Source: a virus
Taxonomy: Duplodnaviria; Caudoviricetes
IMG/VR virus record: IMGVR_UViG_3300028909_000001
Direction: 5' to 3' (one strand)
Length of the DNA stretch: 64,000 nt
This document shows positions 1 to 9,748 of this stretch, in pieces. Position 1 is the first letter of the stretch; each line of letters opens with the position of its first letter. Under the pieces are notes generated by a model. The model did no database searches and was not told the DNA's origin. It was given only the letters and a program-made list of their open reading frames with translations. Position numbers and translations under genes: made by a program.

Positions 1-501
1 GCACATCCTATAAATAGTGCTTCATTAGCTGATAATCAAGGTAAACTTAATGATGTATTTACTAGTTTTCAAAATTTACCTCCTGAACAGCAAGCAGTAG
101 CAATAAATACTATAGGTACTTATCATCCAGATTTAGCCAAATTCTTAAGTAGTCAGATAGAGAGAGGAGCTAAATCCAGTTTTAGTAATGCTTCCTGGTC
201 TGATTTAGGTAGTGCTGCTAAACAAGGCCTAACTGGAGATCATAAAACATTATCTAGTGTGATGATGCAAGATCCTAAAATAAAGTCTCTAGTCACTAAT
301 TCTATGTTAGGGAGGGCTGGAGAACTTAGTGGTCAGTGGTTAAAGAATAATTGGCAGACTCTGGCTAGTGTGATAGGTGGAACAGCTTTGATAGGTTTGG
401 TGTATAGTATTATGAAAAATACCGCAGCCACAGCCCAAGCTACCCAACAAACTCAACAAAATAGTTTACAACCTAGGCTGAATGCTCCACAATCATTATA
501 A
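1..501 (+). CDS. C-terminal part of a hypothetical (probably virion/membrane) protein, truncated by the window start
   Basis: Frame 1 is open from base 1 through the tracked 259..501 ORF. There is a hydrophobic segment (LASVIGGTALIGLVYSIM) near the C-terminus. Confidence 0.7.
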   Translation, partial: AHPINSASLADNQGKLNDVFTSFQNLPPEQQAVAINTIGTYHPDLAKFLSSQIERGAKSSFSNASWSDLGSAAKQGLTGDHKTLSSVMMQDPKIKSLVTNSMLGRAGELSGQWLKNNWQTLASVIGGTALIGLVYSIMKNTAATAQATQQTQQNSLQPRLNAPQSL

Positions 502-503
502 TT

Positions 504-1202
504 GTGAACAATCATATAGATCCATTATATAGTTTGCCTATTCCAAAGAATGTGCGTGGTTTTTTCGATCCAGAGAAGACTAGGGAATGGTTACATACTA
601 AAGCCTTGGATTCTTTTCAGAAGAAGCTTAATACAATTGAAAGTCCAGCCTACAAACTAAAAGTAACAGACTTATCTTATAATGCTCCTGAACATTCTCC
701 AACTTATAAAGAACAAAATAAGGCTATAATGGAGAAAAGAGATTTGTCCACTCCATTACGAGGTACTTTTCAGATGATAGATAAGAAAACTGGTAATGTA
801 TTAGATACCAAAACTACAACTATCGCTCATATCCCCTGGCTTACTGAAAGGAATACAGTAATCTTACATGGTGCGGAATACTCAGTTGCACATCAACAAC
901 GTTTACTACCAGGTGTCTATACTCGTACTAAGGAATCTGGAGAAGCTGAAGCCCACATCAATGTCTTACCTGGAACTGGAGTAGGTGGCAAAGTAATTTT
1001 TTACCCTGACCGTGCATTATTCGTTTATCAAGTTGGAACTACTCAAATTAAGCTATATGGATTACTTAAAGAAATGGGCGTATCTGATAGTGAGATGGAG
1101 AAAGTTTGGGGTTCTGAAATATTCAATAAAAATAAATCTCAATATACTGGACTAGAATTTGATAAATTGTATAATAAAGTCATAGGTAATGAAGAAGAAT
1201 AA
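504..1202 (+). CDS. rpoB: DNA-directed RNA polymerase beta subunit, N-terminal fragment (232 aa)
   Basis: RDLSTPLRGTFQMIDKKTG...IPWLTERNTVILHGAEYSVAHQQRLLPGVYT aligns by eye with the RpoB N-terminal block TYSAPLRV...IPLMTxxGTFIINGxERVIVSQLxRSPGVYF. Confidence 0.85.
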   Translation: MNNHIDPLYSLPIPKNVRGFFDPEKTREWLHTKALDSFQKKLNTIESPAYKLKVTDLSYNAPEHSPTYKEQNKAIMEKRDLSTPLRGTFQMIDKKTGNVLDTKTTTIAHIPWLTERNTVILHGAEYSVAHQQRLLPGVYTRTKESGEAEAHINVLPGTGVGGKVIFYPDRALFVYQVGTTQIKLYGLLKEMGVSDSEMEKVWGSEIFNKNKSQYTGLEFDKLYNKVIGNEEE

Positions 1203-1214
1203 CTACTCAAATAT

Positions 1215-1499
1215 ATGTCGAACGAAACACAATTAGAACAGCAATTGAATGCTGAATGGAGAAAAACTATTAAAGATAATCTTGAAGAACTCAGGACTGG
1301 TCAAAAACAATTAGCTAAGGATATTACTGATATTAAGCTAAGTTGTGCTCAAGCAGATGAAGTAAAAAGTCTGAGAGAAAAGGTCGAAAAACTTGAATTA
1401 TCTAAAGCTAAAACTACTGGAGTATTGGTAGCCGTAAATGTGATATTAATTTTTGCGGGCTGGTGTATTCAGACTTTACTGCTTGTACATCATAGTTAA
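1215..1499 (+). CDS. Coiled-coil protein with a C-terminal transmembrane helix (XhlA/holin-like)
   Basis: Heptad-rich N-terminus followed by hydrophobic GVLVAVNVILIFAGWCIQTLLL. Confidence 0.5.
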   Translation: MSNETQLEQQLNAEWRKTIKDNLEELRTGQKQLAKDITDIKLSCAQADEVKSLREKVEKLELSKAKTTGVLVAVNVILIFAGWCIQTLLLVHHS

Positions 1500-2194
1500 G
1501 CAGGCCTTCTTCTTTCATTTCTTGGTAAGTTGAATTGTAGATATTTCTCATACTTTCTAGTCAGTCCAATTCTGTCTTCTAGAAAGCCTTGATAAATATA
1601 GTTACCGAATTTATAACCACCACAAATGCTAGGTATAACTATTCTAGAACCCTTATGTCCAGTTTTTTTATTAATCTCCCTCCCTATTCTATAATGAATC
1701 TCCATAGGTAATACTAATTTCTCAAAAGCAGACCAATCTTGAGTGTAGGGACCACAAATACTATAAGAACAATGACCATCTCTGGATATACAAAAACAAC
1801 CATCCCCATCACTGTAACCCCTCCACCAGTAATGAGTTAGGTTTTCAGGTATAATGCTTAATATTGTAGGAGCTTGATCTTTACTTCTATAATTGTAACT
1901 AATTAATTTAGTTGCTAATTCTACACTACCTTTTTGAAAACTCATTTGTAATTGCCCTGGTGGATTTGTTTTTTGTATATTTCTACGTATATTCCAATTC
2001 CAGGCTTTCATAAGTGTTGGTTCAATAATTACTGCATCAACTTGTTTTATAGCTATTTTAATTTTATTTTCTTTAGATATAGACCCGTCGGCCCAGATAA
2101 ATCCTAACGTATATGCTGTCTCTGCTGTTATATTAGTTAAATCCATATAATGACAGTACACATTAGCTACCACGCTGTCAATATTATAGCGCAT
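1496..2194 (-). CDS. Free-standing double-motif LAGLIDADG homing endonuclease
   Basis: Two motifs: AYTLGFIWADGSI and YWWRGYSDGDGCF. Confidence 0.85.
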   Translation of the reverse strand: MRYNIDSVVANVYCHYMDLTNITAETAYTLGFIWADGSISKENKIKIAIKQVDAVIIEPTLMKAWNWNIRRNIQKTNPPGQLQMSFQKGSVELATKLISYNYRSKDQAPTILSIIPENLTHYWWRGYSDGDGCFCISRDGHCSYSICGPYTQDWSAFEKLVLPMEIHYRIGREINKKTGHKGSRIVIPSICGGYKFGNYIYQGFLEDRIGLTRKYEKYLQFNLPRNERRRPA

Positions 2195-2201
2195 ATATCT
2201 G

Positions 2202-2230
2202 TTGACTAAACTTATAATAATAGTTAATAT
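2202..2230 (+). promoter_or_regulatory. Sigma70-like promoter upstream of the structural gene at 2281
   Basis: TTGACT-N17-TAATAT. Confidence 0.5.
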
Positions 2231-2280
2231 AGAAATATACGAATAAACAATTATGTTTATTTTAACTAATTATACAATCT

Positions 2281-3414
2281 ATGTCAGACGCCTCTAGTAT
2301 TAGAAGGACATCAGCAGTTTTAGCTCCAACTTCTGGTAATGCTAACCCTAAGCCTGGTACATTGCCTGGAGTTTTGACTCCTGGTTCACAACAAAATAAC
2401 CCTGGTGGTACTGGCTTTGCTGGTGCTCAAGCCACAGCAGCTGGATTTTTTGCTGGTGGTATCAGATTTTGTTTAAATCCATCTGGGTATTATTTCACTT
2501 ATACTGATACAAGTGGTATTAGTAGACTCCGTGAAACTGGTCAGGCTTACATTAATACAGGCACGCAGTGGACTCCAGTTGGTAACAATCCACTAGATAT
2601 CAATGTCCCCCTCGCCGCTAATGCTATTGATCAATATGTTTATGTAGCTGACCGTCCTTATAACGTATTGAGTGGTTCATTTGTATATACTACTCCTGGT
2701 GGCTCTTCTTGTGCACTTCAGTTAGGTGTATGTCCTTTCTCTCAAGGTATATTAGCTGGTGCTGGTACTATTACTACTACTAACTCTTCTGCTACTGTTA
2801 ATGGTGTTAGTACTACATTTACTTCTGCACTAATTGGTTCCGCAATTTTCAGTCCTTCAGGTACTTATATTGGTACAGTCTCAGCTGTAGGTAGCACAAC
2901 CTCTCTTACATTGGCTGTGGCTGCTTCTAATGCATGGGGTGGTGGTACTCAGGTATTGACTGGTTCTGCCTGGAATTACGGCCCTTATCTTACTGGTACT
3001 GGTAACCTTACTGCGTCTACTGCAACTTCTGCTGTGACTGTTACTGCTGCTGGTTTTGCTAGTTCTGTTACAGTTGGTAGTAACTTGTATGATCAATATG
3101 GTAGAACTCTTGGTGTGATTGCTTCCGTTAATAGTACTACATCTCTTACTCTAACCGCCAATGCTGCTTTTAATGCAGCTGCTACAACTTGGTCATATAG
3201 CACCTTGTTTATTGGTGTGCCAGCTTATGGTACTAATGTGTTTACTGCTACCATCCCACTCACTGCAAGTCCGGGTATTGTACAAATTGGTACTTTGAAT
3301 GCCACTATTGCTAATACTCAAATAACTACTGGACAGGCTTTGGCCCTTAGATTTACTGGTACTGTCACAGGTTTGGCTGGGTTGACTGGTACTGTTATCT
3401 TGCAACCTCAGTAA
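2281..3414 (+). CDS. Gly/Thr/Ala-rich virion structural protein (fibre/decoration-like)
   Basis: Beta-strand-rich low-complexity sequence with an internal repeat (GSxIxxxxGxxxGVIxSVxSTTSLTLxxxA twice). It lies in the structural block. Confidence 0.6.
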   Translation: MSDASSIRRTSAVLAPTSGNANPKPGTLPGVLTPGSQQNNPGGTGFAGAQATAAGFFAGGIRFCLNPSGYYFTYTDTSGISRLRETGQAYINTGTQWTPVGNNPLDINVPLAANAIDQYVYVADRPYNVLSGSFVYTTPGGSSCALQLGVCPFSQGILAGAGTITTTNSSATVNGVSTTFTSALIGSAIFSPSGTYIGTVSAVGSTTSLTLAVAASNAWGGGTQVLTGSAWNYGPYLTGTGNLTASTATSAVTVTAAGFASSVTVGSNLYDQYGRTLGVIASVNSTTSLTLTANAAFNAAATTWSYSTLFIGVPAYGTNVFTATIPLTASPGIVQIGTLNATIANTQITTGQALALRFTGTVTGLAGLTGTVILQPQ

Positions 3415-3432
3415 GCTATTTAATCTTATCAC

Positions 3433-3464
3433 AAAGCAACCTATTTACTTAGGTTGCTTTTTTA
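3433..3464 (+). terminator. Rho-independent terminator
   Basis: AAAGCAACCT-N8-AGGTTGCTTT followed by a T run. Confidence 0.75.
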
Positions 3465-3501
3465 TTTGACAACTTTCCTCTATTTTGAAATGATACTAAA
3501 C

Positions 3502-3756
3502 ATGAATGAACAAGCTACGTTAGACACACCAGTGATACCTAATTTTAAGATGTCGACTGAGCAGATAGTTAAGTTATTGCAGGGTTATTTGGCACAAGCA
3601 GATACTAGTTTAACTAGTTTACAATCTAATATAGATGATGCTACAAATAAATTGAATGAATGGAAGAGAATGCAGTTGATTATAGTAGGACAGAAACAAT
3701 TGATACAAGATATACTAAGTAAGACGGTAGACACACCTAAAGAAGAGACTAAATAA
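3502..3756 (+). CDS. Hypothetical coiled-coil protein (likely start ATG 3502 rather than 3454)
   Basis: ATG 3502 follows a TTGACA promoter-like site. The tracked upstream extension runs through the terminator. Confidence 0.6.
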   Translation: MNEQATLDTPVIPNFKMSTEQIVKLLQGYLAQADTSLTSLQSNIDDATNKLNEWKRMQLIIVGQKQLIQDILSKTVDTPKEETK

Positions 3757-3759
3757 ATT

Positions 3760-3954
3760 ATGGCTATAACGCTAAATGACACCAAGACTAGAATATACAA
3801 CCTTTATATAGAACAGTTGGAAGCAGAGGAAGAAAAGAAAGCTACTAGTAAGATGCATTCAGAAAATATTAAACGGATTAAATCTGAAATTAAGGATATT
3901 CTGAATGAAGAAGCAGAAGTTGTAAAGAATGCTCAAAAGAGTATTGACGATTAA
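3760..3954 (+). CDS. Small coiled-coil hypothetical protein
   Basis: 64-aa charged helical ORF tightly packed after the previous gene. Confidence 0.6.
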   Translation: MAITLNDTKTRIYNLYIEQLEAEEEKKATSKMHSENIKRIKSEIKDILNEEAEVVKNAQKSIDD

Positions 3955-3970
3955 ATAGATTGAAGTAATA

Positions 3971-4008
3971 TGAGGCTAGGCTATTTAATGTAGTTTAGCC
4001 TCATTTTA
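3971..4008 (+). terminator. Terminator-like hairpin
   Basis: TGAGGCTAGGCTA...TAGTTTAGCCTCA followed by TTTTATTT. Confidence 0.65.
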
Positions 4009-4013
4009 TTTAT

Positions 4014-4394
4014 ATGATTGATATTTTAATTTCATACCTATTATTAAGTGCAAGTATAGCCATGTTTTTAGTTATATGGTTTAATAATACTTTTGTTGAA
4101 TATATGAATTTACTAAGATTGACTAAGTTCTTTTATATAGAAGAATACAATAATATTACTGTAGATGACCCTAGTTTGTCTTATCTAGAATATTTAGCTG
4201 CTAATCGGTCTAACTTCCTTGTAAAAATTATTAGTTGTCCCAAATGTATAGTAGTCTGGTTATCTATACTATTACATATTCCTATTATCGTATTTATAGA
4301 TTTTCCTTTAATATTTATTCCTGTAAGTATATTTATAGCAGCTTACTTTAGTTTGCTAATGTACTATATTTTGGTTAAACTAATGAATAAATGA
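4014..4394 (+). CDS. Small membrane protein, DUF1360-like
   Basis: Hydrophobic helices flanking a IISCPKCIVVW (CPxCxxxW) motif. Confidence 0.55.
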   Translation: MIDILISYLLLSASIAMFLVIWFNNTFVEYMNLLRLTKFFYIEEYNNITVDDPSLSYLEYLAANRSNFLVKIISCPKCIVVWLSILLHIPIIVFIDFPLIFIPVSIFIAAYFSLLMYYILVKLMNK

Positions 4395-6211
4395 GTAATA
4401 GTTTCATAGATAGCTTGATTGAGGTAACTAATTCTACTAATCATCAAGCACAGTATATACCACAACCGTCTAGTAGTATTCCTAGTTCTGGATGTACTTT
4501 ACCAGCATTGCTCACACCTCCTACTATCGGAGCAGTCACACCACCATCTAATGTAAAAGCTTGTGTACCTTTATTCGTACAATTTCCATTAGTACCAGAA
4601 CCCTTTCCATTACCTGAGAATTGCCCTTCAGGTATTTCATTTACTCCTAATACTCAAGCTATAGGGATATTAAATACTTCTGGAATGATTCCTTATACTT
4701 CTATTACTGTAGGTATAACTCCAGGAGTTGATGTTTGTCATTTTAATTTAGACATCCCACCTACACTAATTATACCTTGCTATCCTACTGGTCCTTTATT
4801 TAGTGGAGTTTTACAGTTTAAGATGGTTGGTGATGGTTCTCCAATTGCAGATGATTTTTCATTAAGCACTACTAGAATTAGTGGAGATATAACCCAGCCT
4901 TGTACCTGGAATATTGATACTATAATAAATCTACCAACCCCTAATTGCGCAGCTGGTATTTCATTTCAGAGCAATGTAACGGTAAATCTAAATAATAGTA
5001 CAGCTCTACCACCAGTAATAACATATTTATATTCAAGGGTTTATTCTATAGGACAGAGCATAATTGATACTAATGGAAATCTACAAACAGTCACTGCTAT
5101 TACTGGTGATGGTACATCCGGTGTAACTGCTCCTACCTGGGCTATATCTGGTACTACTGTAGATCATAATGTTACCTGGACCATGTCTCAAGCATCAATA
5201 AGTAACTATGCTTATGTTGATGTTTTAAGTCAGTATGATTATTATAGATTAATACATGGAATTCCCCCTACTACCAAAGATTGCGGTTCAGTATTGTTAG
5301 GTAATCTTGAATTAGGTATTGTTTGTCCATCAGGTTTAAGTGTAGGAGGTAGTGGGACAGCTACCTTTTTATTCCCTGGTGATATAGGTTATAGTGCTCC
5401 AGTAGGTGATCCAACTATTGCGTTATCTATTAGTTCTTGTAATTTAAATTTTGGTATTACTAATATAAGTTTCCCGGCTTTAAAATGTGCTTCAGGTTAT
5501 ACAGCAAACGCAGTTTCAGTAACTAGTGTAAAGGATGTATTAGGAAATACAGTTAGTCAGACTGGTGGAGGAAATACACCTTTTCAAATAACCCCCTCAG
5601 CTTGTTTAGGATTATCAAATCTAGGTAATCTAATAGTTCCTGGTTGTGCTCCTGGTAATTTTGTTAATTGGTATTTAAATTCTTCTACTTCAGGTGGAAC
5701 TACTACATTATCTATTTCTAGTGGTTCTCCTACTACTAGCAGCTATTTAACTGTAACTCCTACTACTTGTGGTATAACTCCTTCTGGTTCATTTTCATTT
5801 AGCAGTGCTTCAAGTTTAGGAATAACTGATGGTACTACAAGTTTAAGTAATGTATCTAATATTACTTTTAATGGAATGACAGTTGGAGGTACTAGTGGGG
5901 CAGCTACCGTAACTGGAACTAAGTTAACTGATGGCACTACTACATTAAATGGGGCACAGATGCTTACTTTTGTAGGTGGTACTTTAAGTGGTACTACTTC
6001 CAGTGCTACAATTACAATAAGTCCAGCTGGTTCCGGGCTTAATTATCGAGGAGTTTGGAGTGCATTATCTACTTATAATCTTAATGATGTTGCAGTATTA
6101 GGGGCAGGTACTTCGTCTGGTATGTATATATGTTTAATAAATTCTAATACTAATAGTCCTGATACTGGTACTGGCTGGTTTCAAGCCTGTTCTTATGCTA
6201 CCTGGTTATAA
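4391..6211 (+). CDS. Virion structural/tail protein with CBM-like repeats
   Basis: Pro/Cys-rich N-half, a YSIGQSIIDTNGNLQT...PTW...TVDHNVTW module, and a C-terminal YRGVWSALSTYNLND CBM5/12-like motif. Confidence 0.6.
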   Translation: MSNSFIDSLIEVTNSTNHQAQYIPQPSSSIPSSGCTLPALLTPPTIGAVTPPSNVKACVPLFVQFPLVPEPFPLPENCPSGISFTPNTQAIGILNTSGMIPYTSITVGITPGVDVCHFNLDIPPTLIIPCYPTGPLFSGVLQFKMVGDGSPIADDFSLSTTRISGDITQPCTWNIDTIINLPTPNCAAGISFQSNVTVNLNNSTALPPVITYLYSRVYSIGQSIIDTNGNLQTVTAITGDGTSGVTAPTWAISGTTVDHNVTWTMSQASISNYAYVDVLSQYDYYRLIHGIPPTTKDCGSVLLGNLELGIVCPSGLSVGGSGTATFLFPGDIGYSAPVGDPTIALSISSCNLNFGITNISFPALKCASGYTANAVSVTSVKDVLGNTVSQTGGGNTPFQITPSACLGLSNLGNLIVPGCAPGNFVNWYLNSSTSGGTTTLSISSGSPTTSSYLTVTPTTCGITPSGSFSFSSASSLGITDGTTSLSNVSNITFNGMTVGGTSGAATVTGTKLTDGTTTLNGAQMLTFVGGTLSGTTSSATITISPAGSGLNYRGVWSALSTYNLNDVAVLGAGTSSGMYICLINSNTNSPDTGTGWFQACSYATWL

Positions 6212-6214
6212 ATT

Positions 6215-9109
6215 ATGTCTGTAGCTCCTGGTAATAACTTTAAATTAACTGATTTACAAGCATTAGCAACTCAAGCTAATGCAGTCTCATCTACTAGTTT
6301 TGACTTGAGTACATTTTATTATGTGTATCCAATGTTTTATGACTTAAGTAGTAATCCATATGGTTATCGTATTTGTGGTGCTTTTGCTTTAACTGCTAGA
6401 GGAAGTGGTTATGCTGTTGGAGATATAGTAGTTTCCCCAGGCTATACTACATATTTTGAAGTTGGTTCAGTAGATATTACTGGAGCTATTATAGGATTGG
6501 TAACTTATACTAATTCTGCCTTTTCTCCTTCCGGTGATCTGACTACCACACCTCCATTCCCTTCATATACAGACCCTACTCCTGGCGCACTTAATACAGT
6601 AACTGGTTCTGGTACTGGAGCTACTATTACTTTTACTGTTAGTCAAGTAGGCCCTTCTCAAAATTATTCATTTCCAGACTATAATCCTGGTAATGGTTAT
6701 TTTACCGATTTTTATCTTTGTTTTGGAGGTACTGGTTATACTGCTGGCGATAATTTAACTTTGCCTGGAGCTAAGATAGTTGGTGGCAGTCCAGTTCCAG
6801 TACATGTTGTAAGTGTTGATGGTAGTGGCAAGATATTAACATTCACATTACCTAATACTACTTATATAGGATTTCTTCAATACTTATCTAATACTCCACA
6901 ATATTTAGCTGCTAGTGGTGGAACCGGTAGTGGGGCAACTTTTGGTGGTTTGTTTATAGTTCCTCAAAGACCTACTTGGCTAGCTGAACTAAATAGACTT
7001 CGTAGTGCTATTTGGGGGTTGAAGGATTTGGATGATTCTTTTACATTTATGAATGTTACTTCACCTTCATTATTGTGTGTTTCTGGACCCTGGCCTGTAG
7101 GTGGACCAAATGATAATTATGCAAGTACCTGGTTTTATTTTGAAGATACTGGTGGTGGAGCAACAGTTACAATTAGTAGTAATTTCCCTGGTAGTGGTGC
7201 ACCTTTTTCTGCAGGTTTAAGAACTAATGCCGTTTGCAGTATGCTTTTGTCAACGTTTCCACCATCACCATACTATTATCCAGTAACAACAAAGCAACGA
7301 CAAGCCTTTGTGGTTGGTGGTGTTGATTCTCTCTTTGTTAGTGGGACCTTCCATATAACTGCGGAGTATGTGCGTGGAGGGACTGCTGTGATAACATACC
7401 CTGGACCAACCACAACCATTACACCCGATACAGTTGACCCTAATACGCTTTGGTCTGTAAATCTATCTCCTAGTGGTGGTTATAATGCATTTCCTGGTTC
7501 AGTTTCTTATTCTACATTGGTGGCTGATACAGGATTTTGTAGTATTGGGATTGTCGAAATTTCAATAGCGGTGAGCGCGACTCTAGCACCGGGGCGGTAT
7601 GAACTTGAGGTGGACATACCACAATTACCGGATGACACATCAGTTCCTATAACCGGTACACAGACCACATATACACGCCTTTTCCCAAATGGCACTAACC
7701 CACTAGATGATGGCAGCGGCGGCAATGGAAAATTATTTGGCCCTGTCACAGCCAGTATTAGTTATAGTACAGCAGTTACAGCTTATGGAATTGATAATGC
7801 ATGGCCAATTAAAAAGATAAACTTACCTGGTGATGGACTTTCTCACGGCCCAGGATTATTATTTGTGCAGGATATACCTAATAATAATTGGAATTCTGGA
7901 GCTGGCCCTACATTTCCTGCTATTACATATGATCCGGAAAAAATATTTGGTAATGGTTGGAGTATTGGTACTAGTAAGGCTGGATTTTGGTCTTCAATGT
8001 CACCTGCTATTAGTAGTTTAGCTATTCCTAGTTTAACTTCAATGCCTTGGAATTTAACTAGAACTAAATATGCAGTAGCCGGTAATGCTACAGTAAATCC
8101 AATGCTACAAGGTGATTTGGCTCCTAACGGTTCAGGTATGTTTGGTGCTTATGCTCAAGTATCTAACTCATATAATCAACTCAGTCCAGTAGAAAGTCAA
8201 TCCGAGCCTCCTAGTTGGGCTGCTTCTATATATTTTACGTCTGGATTTACAATTATAGATTCTAACGGTAATTATCAAACAGTATTTACAGGTGGTATAT
8301 CTGGCGGTTCACATCCAGTTTGGTCTGGGGCATTTGGTGGATCTACTACTGATAATGGAGTGGTATGGCATTGTTCTAAAGTATTTACTGCACCGGCTAC
8401 TACTTGGATAGCTAGTACAGTATTTCAATCAGGACAAACTATAATAGATTCTAACGGTAATATTGAAACTGCTCAAAATACCGGTACTAGTAATTCATCA
8501 GCACCTGCCTGGCCTGGAACTTTAGGAGGTACAGTAACTGATAATACTATAACCTGGAAATTTACTTCTCGTTATCAAGCTTTCCAACCAGGCCAACATA
8601 GAATCCCACCACTTCCTAGATACCCTGTTTATTGGTATAGTGAGACAATTCCTAGAATGATGCCCCCTACACTTACTAGCGGTAATACTATTTGGGGAGC
8701 TTATGATCAGTGGCAATATAATACTTATAATTCTCCTAGCTTTGATCAAGGTTGGCATCAAGTAGGTCCTACTGATACACCAGCTAAAGGAAAAGCTTAT
8801 GGTTGGTGGATATATAGTGTATCTATTAATAGAATAGCTAGTACTGCTGGAACCGTAGCTGTAACTTTAGGATGTATTAGAAGTAGTGTATTTAGTCCAT
8901 TTGCAACTTATAATACTGGTACAACTAATCAAGTTCTTTGGCCCATATTTACAAGTGATGCCTTAGTATATCAATGTAGTGAAAGAGTTGATGTTCAAGC
9001 ATTAGCTATTGCTTCTACTAATAGTGTATCTCAAGGTCAAGTAGTACAATCTCCTATATGTGCAGCATTTGTTACCGATACTTCAGCTTTAATATCGCTA
9101 ATAACTTAA
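6215..9109 (+). CDS. Large tail fibre/baseplate-associated protein (964 aa)
   Basis: GSGYxVGD / GTGYTAGD repeats typical of phage tail/baseplate proteins, plus two W-anchored modules. Confidence 0.65.
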   Translation: MSVAPGNNFKLTDLQALATQANAVSSTSFDLSTFYYVYPMFYDLSSNPYGYRICGAFALTARGSGYAVGDIVVSPGYTTYFEVGSVDITGAIIGLVTYTNSAFSPSGDLTTTPPFPSYTDPTPGALNTVTGSGTGATITFTVSQVGPSQNYSFPDYNPGNGYFTDFYLCFGGTGYTAGDNLTLPGAKIVGGSPVPVHVVSVDGSGKILTFTLPNTTYIGFLQYLSNTPQYLAASGGTGSGATFGGLFIVPQRPTWLAELNRLRSAIWGLKDLDDSFTFMNVTSPSLLCVSGPWPVGGPNDNYASTWFYFEDTGGGATVTISSNFPGSGAPFSAGLRTNAVCSMLLSTFPPSPYYYPVTTKQRQAFVVGGVDSLFVSGTFHITAEYVRGGTAVITYPGPTTTITPDTVDPNTLWSVNLSPSGGYNAFPGSVSYSTLVADTGFCSIGIVEISIAVSATLAPGRYELEVDIPQLPDDTSVPITGTQTTYTRLFPNGTNPLDDGSGGNGKLFGPVTASISYSTAVTAYGIDNAWPIKKINLPGDGLSHGPGLLFVQDIPNNNWNSGAGPTFPAITYDPEKIFGNGWSIGTSKAGFWSSMSPAISSLAIPSLTSMPWNLTRTKYAVAGNATVNPMLQGDLAPNGSGMFGAYAQVSNSYNQLSPVESQSEPPSWAASIYFTSGFTIIDSNGNYQTVFTGGISGGSHPVWSGAFGGSTTDNGVVWHCSKVFTAPATTWIASTVFQSGQTIIDSNGNIETAQNTGTSNSSAPAWPGTLGGTVTDNTITWKFTSRYQAFQPGQHRIPPLPRYPVYWYSETIPRMMPPTLTSGNTIWGAYDQWQYNTYNSPSFDQGWHQVGPTDTPAKGKAYGWWIYSVSINRIASTAGTVAVTLGCIRSSVFSPFATYNTGTTNQVLWPIFTSDALVYQCSERVDVQALAIASTNSVSQGQVVQSPICAAFVTDTSALISLIT

Positions 9110-9151
9110 TTGAATTGACTGGTATATCAAGTTTGTGTTAGAGTTGGAATT

Positions 9152-9745
9152 ATGGAAACATCTAATGCGATTGATTATAATTCTTGTACTGTTTTAAGAG
9201 GAGCCCAACACACTGAAACTTGTGAAGCTCATGGTGTTTATACTGCTAGATGTATAGACTCTAATAATAATTTAATTTGGGAAGATACTATAGATAATGT
9301 AGTTAATACTGAAGGTAAAAACCTGGCTTTTAATACATTTTTAAACGGCTCTGCTTATACTGTTACTGGGCCTTATATGGGTTTAATTAGTTCAGTATCT
9401 TATTCTACCGTAGCTGCTGGTGATACAGCTGCTCAAATTAATGGTACTAATGGTTGGAAGGAAGCAGGTTCCAGCACTAATTATCCATTATACACTACTC
9501 CTAGAAAAACTTGTGCCTGGTCTGCTGCTTCTGCTGGTTCGATTTCACTTTCCGCAGCTCTAAGTTTTCCTATTATCACTACTGGTGGTACAGTTAAAGG
9601 ATGTTTTATTATCTTTGGCTCTGGTGCTTCGTCCACTATTGCTAATACTTCAGGTACTCTTTGGTCTGCTGGTCTATTCTCAGGTGGTGATAAGATTGTT
9701 AACCCTGGTGATACAATTCAAGTATCATATAGTACTAGCATGTAA
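9152..9745 (+). CDS. Putative minor tail protein
   Basis: HGVYTARCxD...W...NVVxTEG pattern recalled from phage tail proteins. Structural-block context. Confidence 0.55.
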   Translation: METSNAIDYNSCTVLRGAQHTETCEAHGVYTARCIDSNNNLIWEDTIDNVVNTEGKNLAFNTFLNGSAYTVTGPYMGLISSVSYSTVAAGDTAAQINGTNGWKEAGSSTNYPLYTTPRKTCAWSAASAGSISLSAALSFPIITTGGTVKGCFIIFGSGASSTIANTSGTLWSAGLFSGGDKIVNPGDTIQVSYSTSM

Positions 9746-9748
9746 TAT

